This document shows, in pieces, positions 9,385 to 17,420 of a DNA stretch of 36,344 nt (position 1 is the stretch's first letter; the number at the start of each line of letters is the position of its first letter). The position numbers and the translations under genes are program-made. The DNA lies in NCBI GenBank assembly GCA_964458045.1, contig CAYWHV010000001.1, positions 1 to 36,344 on the forward strand. The letters run 5' to 3'. The notes beneath the pieces are model-generated. The model saw nothing but the letters and a program-made list of their open reading frames with translations. It was not told the DNA's origin and searched no databases. This DNA comes from an uncultured Methanospirillum sp. (GTDB lineage: Archaea; Halobacteriota; Methanomicrobia; Methanomicrobiales; Methanospirillaceae).

Positions 9385-10034
9385 CTCTTTTTCCCCCAAA
9401 TCCAGAATGGGTATTTATAAGTGATAACAAAGTCCAGAAGGAAGACGATCATGGTTCCATAATAGAGATTCCTGGTCAAAGGCATGTCATAAAGGGATAA
9501 GATTATCCCGATTATTGCTGTTATCGGGAGATAGAGTATTTTTCTGGAAATACATGAAAAGGTCTGCAAATTTTCTTCTATAGAAAGAAGATTCGGAGTG
9601 TGTGTGCAATGATACCATTCGCCTATGAGAAAGATACTGATGAAGAGGATGTTTGTATGGAAAAAAAAGGCAATGAATGAATTTCCATTTAATATCTGGT
9701 ATAAATGACTTGTAATGGGAATAAAAACGATTAAAATTAATAATCCGAAATGGATGTAAAGGAATCGTCTGTCAATCTTCTGGAGCTGATGATAGATATG
9801 AAAAGCCATCATCCAGATCAATGCAATTATGAGAAAGGCATTGATAAAACTTAAAATATCTGGTATCTGCATGAGTCCGAATGTATCAACGTCTGTTTCA
9901 TGCAGACTGTCTGAAAATGAAGGGAGGCGGACATTTTTAAATAATAAGAGTAATGTGAATACAAATATTCCGTTCGTTAATCGTCCAATATTTGTTTTTG
10001 TAACAGGCCCTTCACCTGAAGTTCCATATGTCAT
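9381..10034 (-). CDS. TMEM175 (DUF1211) family channel-like membrane protein, copy A
   Basis: About 6 TM. TM1 IGRLTNGIFVFTLLLL, then LSFINAFLIIALIWMMAFHIYH and LILIVFIPITS, all typical of the family. Confidence 0.75.
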   Translation of the reverse strand: MTYGTSGEGPVTKTNIGRLTNGIFVFTLLLLFKNVRLPSFSDSLHETDVDTFGLMQIPDILSFINAFLIIALIWMMAFHIYHQLQKIDRRFLYIHFGLLILIVFIPITSHLYQILNGNSFIAFFFHTNILFISIFLIGEWYHCTHTPNLLSIEENLQTFSCISRKILYLPITAIIGIILSLYDMPLTRNLYYGTMIVFLLDFVITYKYPFWIWGKKR

Positions 10035-10215
10035 ATCCCAAACAGATCATTCAGCGTTTGAGGTTATATACTCCATTTTTTACAATTGTGAAACAAAGAT
10101 GGTTAATTGTATGTACTAATTCTCACGATTTAGCCTCTGATAGAATTCCGTATTGATCATTCTAGCAATCACAATTTTCTCCGGTCATATTCTGCGAATT
10201 GTCAGACACGAAAGA

Positions 10216-10234
10216 ATCTCATTTAAAATGAGAT
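10216..10234. repeat. Perfect 9-bp inverted repeat ATCTCATTT-A-AAATGAGAT
   Basis: Read directly in the AT-rich intergenic region between the TMEM175 pair and the HTH regulator. Confidence 0.6.
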
Positions 10235-10732
10235 AAAATCGCTAAAAATTCTGTATACATACTGCAATATAATGGGAGAAATATATGGGAATCGAATCAT
10301 GATTAATAAGTTTTCTCTATATATGCCGGAATATAATTCTCTATAAAAGTGCACAGGGGTAAACCGGTACATGATGGTGGATATGGTCAGAGGGTTCTAA
10401 TAAGAGAAAAATTCAGGCGCATGATTCAGGGAATATGAAAGAAATATTACCATAAAAAGGAGAGAGGAAAAGACTGGATATTGAAATTTCATTTCATGAG
10501 TGAGATATTACAGATACTTAACATTTCCATTGGACATATATAATCCGTCTGTATATTTCCTCATAGTATATTTTGGGACACGTGCCCTGAGCTCCATGAA
10601 ATATTGAAATATAATTGCAATATTCTCATTTGGGCACAATTGAGTTAGATATTGAGTAAAGGAGCACATCAGATAATGAAATGAATATGATCTTTCTCTT
10701 ATATTATTCATGCAATATAATAAAGGACATAT

Positions 10733-11119
10733 ATGACCGACTCGAGTCTTCCGATACAGATATCAAACGAATTAGGAGAGATAGCAGACCTATTCAGAGA
10801 TATTGGAATGAAAAAGAATTGTGCTCTAGTCCTGGTCACGTTACTTCAGGATACTGATCTCTCATCACGGGATATTGAACGGATAACTGATCTCAGACAA
10901 CCAGAGGTAAGTCTTGCATTAACTGACCTCATGAGACGAAAATGGGTTGACGTGGTTCGGCTCATCACAGAAAATAAAGGACGGCCTGTAAAAATTTATC
11001 ATATCATGAAGAAACCTGAAGTCATTCTTGAAGAATTACGAGAAGAAATTGTTGGTGATTATGAAAGAAAAATTCGCGAAATTGTAAAAGTCAGAGAGAG
11101 AATTTTATTGAATACATAA
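10733..11119 (+). CDS. Winged-HTH transcriptional regulator (COG4738-like, methanogen type)
   Basis: SSRDIERITDLRQPEVSLALTDL helix-turn-helix and a KGRPVKIY wing motif. Confidence 0.85.
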   Translation: MTDSSLPIQISNELGEIADLFRDIGMKKNCALVLVTLLQDTDLSSRDIERITDLRQPEVSLALTDLMRRKWVDVVRLITENKGRPVKIYHIMKKPEVILEELREEIVGDYERKIREIVKVRERILLNT

Positions 11120-11309
11120 AATAATATCCTGATATTACTGATATAACCGAGAGAGTAAAAGAACTGACGCTCCCTCATTTCTGTTTTTTAACATTTTCCA
11201 TTATCCTTTGTTTAACAGATAGCCCGGCGATTAAAAACTGAATCATGACCGAATCAAGAAAATTGAAAAGATCTAAATGGTATATATTAAAAAAGAAATA
11301 AAACGTTTA

Positions 11310-11380
11310 TGCGGTAACCGGGGATCGAACCCGGGCTAAGGGCTTGGGAAGCCCCTGTCCTGCCGCTAGACTATTACCGC
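11310..11380 (-). tRNA. tRNA-Gly (anticodon CCC)
   Basis: Reverse complement GCGGTAATAGTCTAGCGGCAGGACAGGGGCTTCCCAAGCCCTTAGCCCGGGTTCGATCCCCGGTTACCGCA. Acceptor stem GCGGTAA/TTACCGC, anticodon loop TTCCCAA, T-loop GTTCGAT. No intron and no encoded CCA. Confidence 0.97.
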
Positions 11381-11439
11381 AGATGCACCATGTATATTAT
11401 AGATAATCACAGATAAATGTTACAATCCGTTCCGTCATT

Positions 11440-12354
11440 TTATCGTTCTTTTCGAAGTTTTTGAACTTCATGTAGAAATTCCCGCTGGTTTGCAAGCTGA
11501 ATGTCAGCCTGTATGCCAAACATAATGATCTGAATGCCAACAATAATCAGGGTTACCGAGAGGATTGTGAGCGGAATGTGATCAATTTTTAAAAGCCATT
11601 CATAAATGATATACACACCAATTCCTCCTCCCGATAGCAGAAAAACTAACCCGATGAGCCCAAAATAAAACATGGGATTATTCATCTTTGCTAACCGGTA
11701 GATTGTTCGACCAATTTTTAACCCGTCATGAATTGGATCTAATTTTGTATCGCTTCCTATCCGGACACCGTATGAAACGGGCACAACAGCAACCTTATCA
11801 CCATTACGGATGGATTCTGATGAAATTTCAGTTTCAATGCCAAAACCCTCTTCATGGAGCCGCATTCTTTGAAGGGATCCAAGGGTAAAGGCCCGGTATC
11901 CGGTTAGAATATCATAGAGGTATCCGCCATGACTTACTTTAAATAACCAGTTTAAGATACGATTCCCAAAAAGATTCAGGCGGTTAAATGAGATCTGATT
12001 GGGCGGAATAAGGCGGTTTCCCAATGCCTGATCATATCCGGAAAGGAGAGGAAGAACCAGACGATCTGCCTCTGCAGGGTCATAGGTATTATCGCCATCA
12101 ATGAGAACAACATATGGCCTGGATATATATTCAATGGCTTGAATAAATGCCGTTCCTTTTCCTTTTCCGGTTTGGGTGATTACCGTAGCGCCGGATGCTT
12201 CAGCAATTTTTCGGGTATCATCAGTACTATTGCCATCAATGACAAGGACGTCAGTATACCCGATATCATGAAATTTTTTAATCAGTGGACCAATAGTTGG
12301 TTCTTCATTCAGAGTGGGAATAAGAATACAGACCTGTTCCCTGGGGACTTCCAT
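11440..12354 (-). CDS. aglJ: GT2 glycosyltransferase, AglJ-like (dolichol-phosphate glycosyltransferase for S-layer N-glycosylation)
   Basis: LIPTLNEE, IDGNSTDDT, DGDNTY (DxD), DILTGYR and GFGIETEI motifs, with two C-terminal TM helices. Confidence 0.8.
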   Translation of the reverse strand: MEVPREQVCILIPTLNEEPTIGPLIKKFHDIGYTDVLVIDGNSTDDTRKIAEASGATVITQTGKGKGTAFIQAIEYISRPYVVLIDGDNTYDPAEADRLVLPLLSGYDQALGNRLIPPNQISFNRLNLFGNRILNWLFKVSHGGYLYDILTGYRAFTLGSLQRMRLHEEGFGIETEISSESIRNGDKVAVVPVSYGVRIGSDTKLDPIHDGLKIGRTIYRLAKMNNPMFYFGLIGLVFLLSGGGIGVYIIYEWLLKIDHIPLTILSVTLIIVGIQIIMFGIQADIQLANQREFLHEVQKLRKER

Positions 12355-12472
12355 TGTATATACGTTAATTTGGTAACTATAAAGTCTAATCCTTACATTC
12401 TGGCGGTTCCAAGACGAGGACGGGATAATTATTCTGATTCCTGTAGAAAACAGGCCGTGAGAGAAAAAAAGA

Positions 12473-13804
12473 TTAGAAATTATTGATATACCGCTCTACT
12501 TCCCAGGGATGAACCGCAAGCCGATATTCATCAGTCTCTGCGATTGCTATTGTTGTCAGGTTTTCAACAATGTGCGGACCGAGTGCATCACAGATGACCT
12601 TATCTTTTAAGAGTTCATCATTGGCTTCAATGAGTGAACCTGGAAGCATCTCGATTCCTCTCTTCTTCCGCTCCTCATCATTGAGATCGTAGATATTGAC
12701 ATCTGTTGGTGCCGGAGGGAGAATTTTATTTTTGATACCATCAAGTCCGGCTGCAATCATACCGGCGAAGAGCAGATATGGGTTACAGGTTGGATCAGGA
12801 CTGCGGAGTTCTGCACGGGTACTGTTCCCTCGGGCAGCAGGAACACGGATCATGGCCGACCGGTTCGCTGCACTCCAAGTAATATATACGGGGGCTTCAT
12901 AGCCTGGAACCAGACGCTTATATGAGTTGATGGTTGGGTTACCAAGACGTGCAAGAGCCTTTGCATGCTTCATAAGCCCACCGATGTAGTAGAGCATGGT
13001 TTCGGATAACTGGTTTTCTGCATTTGGATCGAAGAAGATGTTTTTGCCATCCTTGCTCAGGGATCCATGGGTATGCATACCGGTACCGTTAATGCCTCCA
13101 ATGGGTTTTGCCATGAAGGTTGCATGCAGGTTGTTCATGAGGGCAAGCGTCTTTGCAGCAAATTTAAAGGTTATGACCTTATCTGCAACCGAGAGGGCAT
13201 CACCATATTTGAAATCAATTTCATGCTGAGAATCAGCAACTTCGTGATGGGATGCTTCTATCTCAAAACCCATTTCAGTCAGGGCAATGACGATATCACG
13301 TCTGAGATCTTCTGCAGCATCACTGGGAGCAAGATCAAAATACCCTCCATGGTCTACAAACTCAGTAGTGGCCTGACCATTTGCATCCCTCTTAAAAACG
13401 AAGAATTCCAGCTCCGGACCACAGTTGAAAGTAAACCCTAATTTTGCTGCTTCGTCGAGATTTCGCTTTAATACAGATCTCGGATCACCTTCAAATGGTT
13501 TGTTACCGTATGTATATACATCACAGATATACCGTGCGACCCGTTTATCAGCAGGTCTCCAGGGGAGAATCTGGTATGTGTCCATATCCGGTTTCAGAAT
13601 CATGTCAGATTCATCAATCCGTGCAAATCCTTCGATTGAAGAACCATCGATCCATATTCCGTCTGTAAGAGCTTTCTCCAGCTGCACTACAGGTATTGCG
13701 ACATTCTTGGGGATGCCGAGGATATCATTAAACTGAAGGCGGATGAACTGAACCTTATCTGCCTTAACCCTGGCGAGCATTTCGCTGACTTTTGCATCAG
13801 ACAT
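12473..13804 (-). CDS. glnA: Glutamine synthetase type I
   Basis: DGSSIEGF, HHEVA..QHEIDF, NGTGMHTH, NSYKRLVPGYEAP, NRSAMIRVP and ELRSPD motifs. Confidence 0.98.
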   Translation of the reverse strand: MSDAKVSEMLARVKADKVQFIRLQFNDILGIPKNVAIPVVQLEKALTDGIWIDGSSIEGFARIDESDMILKPDMDTYQILPWRPADKRVARYICDVYTYGNKPFEGDPRSVLKRNLDEAAKLGFTFNCGPELEFFVFKRDANGQATTEFVDHGGYFDLAPSDAAEDLRRDIVIALTEMGFEIEASHHEVADSQHEIDFKYGDALSVADKVITFKFAAKTLALMNNLHATFMAKPIGGINGTGMHTHGSLSKDGKNIFFDPNAENQLSETMLYYIGGLMKHAKALARLGNPTINSYKRLVPGYEAPVYITWSAANRSAMIRVPAARGNSTRAELRSPDPTCNPYLLFAGMIAAGLDGIKNKILPPAPTDVNIYDLNDEERKKRGIEMLPGSLIEANDELLKDKVICDALGPHIVENLTTIAIAETDEYRLAVHPWEVERYINNF

Positions 13805-13827
13805 TGAAACATACTTCTACCTGGAGG

Positions 13828-13837
13828 GATTTAAATC
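13828..13837 (-). promoter_or_regulatory. Probable TATA box of glnA (GATTTAAATC)
   Basis: TTTAAA core about 26-31 nt upstream of the glnA ATG, consistent with a leaderless or short-leader archaeal transcript. Confidence 0.5.
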
Positions 13838-13848
13838 TAACGGGTGGG

Positions 13849-13862
13849 GGAAAAGTTTTTCA
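13849..13862. promoter_or_regulatory. NrpR-operator-like site GGAA-N6-TTCA
   Basis: One mismatch to the euryarchaeal nitrogen repressor operator GGAA-N6-TTCC, located between divergent nitrogen-assimilation genes. Confidence 0.4.
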
Positions 13863-14113
13863 TAATGCTATTCTAGTTGTTTTACATGAATGATCACCAA
13901 CCATTTCAGATTTGGTTGGTAACAAACCTTTCAGGTTAGTTAATTTTCAAAATAATCAGAAAATTCAGAGTATTTTAGGGAGTTGGAAAGGCAAACAGAA
14001 TTATAAAGGTGAAAAGCTTATAAGGATCTGACAAGCAGTTAGCTTCCACTCCGGACATCTCCGGACCATGCTCGCTATGTAAATATGCCCGATATTAAGG
14101 CTTATGTGATGAT

Positions 14114-15166
14114 ATGTGCGGAATAATTGGAGTAATTGATAAGCAACGTGAGCTTATGGATGGATCTTCCATCAGGGATGCCCTCTCGGTAATGGATGAG
14201 CGCGGAAGTGGTGAGGGTGCCGGGTATGCTGCATATGGAGTATACCCTGACTACGCTGATCTCTATGCAATCCATGTTTTCTATGATAATCTGTTGGAGC
14301 CAAAAACCCAGGTAGAGGATCTCCTTGAGACATGGGGCATGATTGAATATGATGAAGAGATACCGACCTGGGAGCAGGCCGGGATACAAAAGATCCATAC
14401 TCCCTGGAGGTATTTCTTCCGCCCGAAGACCAGGCTGATGCAGCGGAGCAGAACTCCGGATGATGAGATCGTCAAACATATTGTGATGGAAGTCAACAAA
14501 TCCATCAAAGGAGCCCTGGTTTTTTCATCAGGTAAAAATATCGGAGTATTCAAGGCTTCAGGATGGCCTGAAGAGGTTGCTGATTTTTACCGGGTGGAGA
14601 ATTACGAAGGATATCTCTGGCTTGCTCATAACCGGTACCCGACCAATACCCCCGGCTGGTGGGGTGGGGCACATCCATTTAACCTCCTGAACTGGAGTGT
14701 CGTCCATAATGGAGAGATTACATCATATGGTACAAACCGTCGGTACATCGAAAGTTTTGGGTATGACTGCACGATGTACACCGATACGGAAGTTGTCGCA
14801 TACCTTATGGATCTCCTGGTCAGACGCCATGGCCTTACGCAGGAACTGGCGGTTCGAGCCCTTGCCCCTCCATTCTGGGAAGAAATTGAGCGAATGCCGG
14901 AAAATGAGCAGACGCTGAATACTGCGATTCGCCTGACCTATGGGTCTGCCATGATGAACGGCCCGTTTGCAATTGCAGTTGCTTCTCCTGATTCGATCGT
15001 CGGGTTTTCAGATCGAATCAAGCTCAGGCCTCTGGTTATTGGGGAACATGACAACCGGTTATTCATCTCCAGTGAGGAGGCAGCTATCAGAACCGTTGAT
15101 TCTGCCATTCAAAAGATCTATATGCCAAAAGCGGGATGTCCTATCGTAGGGAGGACTGTGGCATGA
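14114..15166 (+). CDS. Glutamate synthase amidotransferase subunit (class II/Ntn GATase, GltB1-like)
   Basis: N-terminal nucleophile MCGIIG, plus ERG.G.GAG, HNRYPTNT, AHPF, HNGEI, TDTEV and DRIKLRP motifs. Confidence 0.92.
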   Translation: MCGIIGVIDKQRELMDGSSIRDALSVMDERGSGEGAGYAAYGVYPDYADLYAIHVFYDNLLEPKTQVEDLLETWGMIEYDEEIPTWEQAGIQKIHTPWRYFFRPKTRLMQRSRTPDDEIVKHIVMEVNKSIKGALVFSSGKNIGVFKASGWPEEVADFYRVENYEGYLWLAHNRYPTNTPGWWGGAHPFNLLNWSVVHNGEITSYGTNRRYIESFGYDCTMYTDTEVVAYLMDLLVRRHGLTQELAVRALAPPFWEEIERMPENEQTLNTAIRLTYGSAMMNGPFAIAVASPDSIVGFSDRIKLRPLVIGEHDNRLFISSEEAAIRTVDSAIQKIYMPKAGCPIVGRTVA

Positions 15167-16674
15167 TCATCGGTTCACGACCAACCAAATTCCAGGTAAC
15201 TGTTGACAAGAACCAGTGTATGCTCTGCGGTCGTTGTGTTGAAAACTGTTCCTATGGTGTTTTTCGTATAGAACAGGATGGAATAGTCACCAATACCCGG
15301 AATTGTGTTGCCTGTCATCGATGTATCTCACAATGTCCCCGTGATGCAATAACCATCCTGGAACGACCCTGTGACTACCGGTCACATCCGGTCTGGACAA
15401 CACCCATTAAGGAAAATATTTTCAAACAGGCGGAAAGTGGAAAGATACTCTTTGGAGGAATGGGAAATGCTGCACAATATCCCATTCTTTTCGACCAGCT
15501 GGTGCTTGATGCCTGTCAGGTAACAAACCCATCCATAGATCCGCTTCGTGAACCGATGGAACTTCGGACATATATTGGGAAAAAGCCGAAGCAGCTCGAG
15601 TTCACTCATAGTTCTAATAATGATACCAGCCTGGTGACAAAACTCACCCCCAATCTCAAACTGGAAACTCCGATAATGATAGGTCATATGAGCTATGGTG
15701 CCATTTCCCTGAATGCTCATAAAGCGATGGCCAAAGCGGTTTCAGAAGTTGGAACATTCATGGGCACTGGAGAAGGCGGTCTGCATGAAGCGTTGTACCC
15801 CTACCAGAATAACATGATAGTTCAGGTTGCTTCCGGACGATTTGGGGTTAATGTCAATTATCTTGAACGGGGAGCTGCCATTGAGATCAAAATCGGACAA
15901 GGAGCAAAACCAGGAATCGGTGGACATCTTCCAGGTGAGAAAGTGTGTGCCGATGTATCATGTACCCGGATGATACCGGAAGGAAGTGATGCAATCAGCC
16001 CTGCTCCTCACCATGATATCTATTCAATAGAAGATCTCAAACAACTCGTTATCAGTCTGAAAGAAGCAACTGAGTGGAAAAAGCCGGTCTTTGTAAAAAT
16101 TGCAGCAGTTCATAATGTCGCAGCAATTGCAGCTGGAATTGCAAGGTCCGGTGCTGATGCAGTTGTAATAGACGGGTTTCGGGGGGGAACCGGTGCATCC
16201 CCACTGGTCTTCAGGGATCATGTCGGCATCCCGATTGAAGCAGCGGTTGCAGCGGTTGATACCAAACTTCGAAAACAGGGAATCAGAAACGAAGTCTCTA
16301 TCATAGCATCCGGAGGAATCAGGCAGAGTGCAGATATTGCGAAAGCCATCTGTCTGGGAGCCGATGCCGTGTATATCGGAACTGCCGCTCTGATCGCCAT
16401 GGGGTGCAGAGTTTGTGGGACGTGTTACCGGGGGCTATGCACCTGGGGTATTGCCACACAAAGACCTGACCTTGTTGCCCGGTTAAATCCTGATGAAGGT
16501 GCAGCGAATGTGAAAAACCTCCTTGATGCCTGGACATTGGAATTAGCCGAGCTCATGGGTGCAGCAGGAATTAACAGTATAGAATCTCTTCGTGGGAATC
16601 GTGACCGACTGAGAGGATATATGCTAGATCAGACGTTGCTTGATGTTCTGGATGTGAAATCAATAGGAGCCTGA
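15163..16674 (+). CDS. Glutamate synthase FMN-binding subunit with N-terminal 2x[4Fe-4S] ferredoxin (GltB2-like)
   Basis: CMLCGRC/CVACHRC ferredoxin motifs, then MSYGAIS, GTGEGG, QVASGRFG, EIKIGQGAKPGIGGHLPG and CRVCGTC....C. ATG 15163 overlaps the upstream stop (ATGA) and follows GGAGG. Confidence 0.95.
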   Translation: MIIGSRPTKFQVTVDKNQCMLCGRCVENCSYGVFRIEQDGIVTNTRNCVACHRCISQCPRDAITILERPCDYRSHPVWTTPIKENIFKQAESGKILFGGMGNAAQYPILFDQLVLDACQVTNPSIDPLREPMELRTYIGKKPKQLEFTHSSNNDTSLVTKLTPNLKLETPIMIGHMSYGAISLNAHKAMAKAVSEVGTFMGTGEGGLHEALYPYQNNMIVQVASGRFGVNVNYLERGAAIEIKIGQGAKPGIGGHLPGEKVCADVSCTRMIPEGSDAISPAPHHDIYSIEDLKQLVISLKEATEWKKPVFVKIAAVHNVAAIAAGIARSGADAVVIDGFRGGTGASPLVFRDHVGIPIEAAVAAVDTKLRKQGIRNEVSIIASGGIRQSADIAKAICLGADAVYIGTAALIAMGCRVCGTCYRGLCTWGIATQRPDLVARLNPDEGAANVKNLLDAWTLELAELMGAAGINSIESLRGNRDRLRGYMLDQTLLDVLDVKSIGA

Positions 16675-16675
16675 T

Positions 16676-17416
16676 ATGTCTCATATTACCATAGATGCAG
16701 CCGGTGTTCATTACACGCCACTGAATAAACAGATCAGGCAGGCTGTTCGTGACGGGGTTTCTGAAATTACTCTGCAGAATATTATGGGTCAGCGTTTTAT
16801 CGCCGATGGGCTGACCAGCACGGTAAAAATTATCATTCACGGGGTTGCCGGTGGGGACCTTGGCATGTTTATGAAAGGCCCCACGGTTGAAGTATTCGGG
16901 AATGCAGACCATGCACCAGGCAATACGATGGATGAGGGTACTATCATTATCCATGGTGCCAGTGGTGATGCAACCGGTCACAGTATGAGGGGAGGAAAAA
17001 TCTTCATACGGGACGATATCGGCTACCGGGGTGGCATTCACATGAAACAATACGAGGGAAAACGACCGGTCCTTGTTATCGGTGGAACTGCCAAGGCATT
17101 CCTGGGAGAATATATGGCAGGGGGCCTTGTCATCATGTTCAGAATGCAGGACGAATCACCATATGCTGAAATGGGACTTGCTAGTGGCATTCATGGCGGA
17201 GAGATATTCATACGGGGCACCGTTGAAGATTGGACACTTGGAATAGGAAGTAATGCCACAATAGCTACAAAAGATGAGATTGATAGAATTCAGCCGTATA
17301 TCAATGAATTTTCAGAGTATTATGGTATTGATTCCCAAAAACTTCTGAACAGCTCGTATACCCGGATTGCACCGGTGAGCAACCGGCCATTTGCTGGAAA
17401 ATATACCTGGGAGTGA
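16676..17416 (+). CDS. Glutamate synthase GXGXG beta-helix subunit (GltB3/FmdC-like)
   Basis: Gly-rich repeats (GNTMDEG, GHSMRGG, GEYMAGG), starting 1 bp after the GltB2 stop. Confidence 0.92.
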   Translation: MSHITIDAAGVHYTPLNKQIRQAVRDGVSEITLQNIMGQRFIADGLTSTVKIIIHGVAGGDLGMFMKGPTVEVFGNADHAPGNTMDEGTIIIHGASGDATGHSMRGGKIFIRDDIGYRGGIHMKQYEGKRPVLVIGGTAKAFLGEYMAGGLVIMFRMQDESPYAEMGLASGIHGGEIFIRGTVEDWTLGIGSNATIATKDEIDRIQPYINEFSEYYGIDSQKLLNSSYTRIAPVSNRPFAGKYTWE

Positions 17417-17420
17417 GGAC

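Noticed and set aside
10508-10711. 67-aa minus-strand ORF in the long intergenic region
   Set aside because: It has no motif or clear SD, an AT-rich random-like composition, and overlaps the likely promoter of the adjacent regulator.
7115-11380. Possible integrated element at the 3' end of tRNA-Gly, since the genes to its left look AT-rich and accessory
   Set aside because: I saw no integrase, transposase or phage genes and no duplicated tRNA 3' end (att site) in the window.
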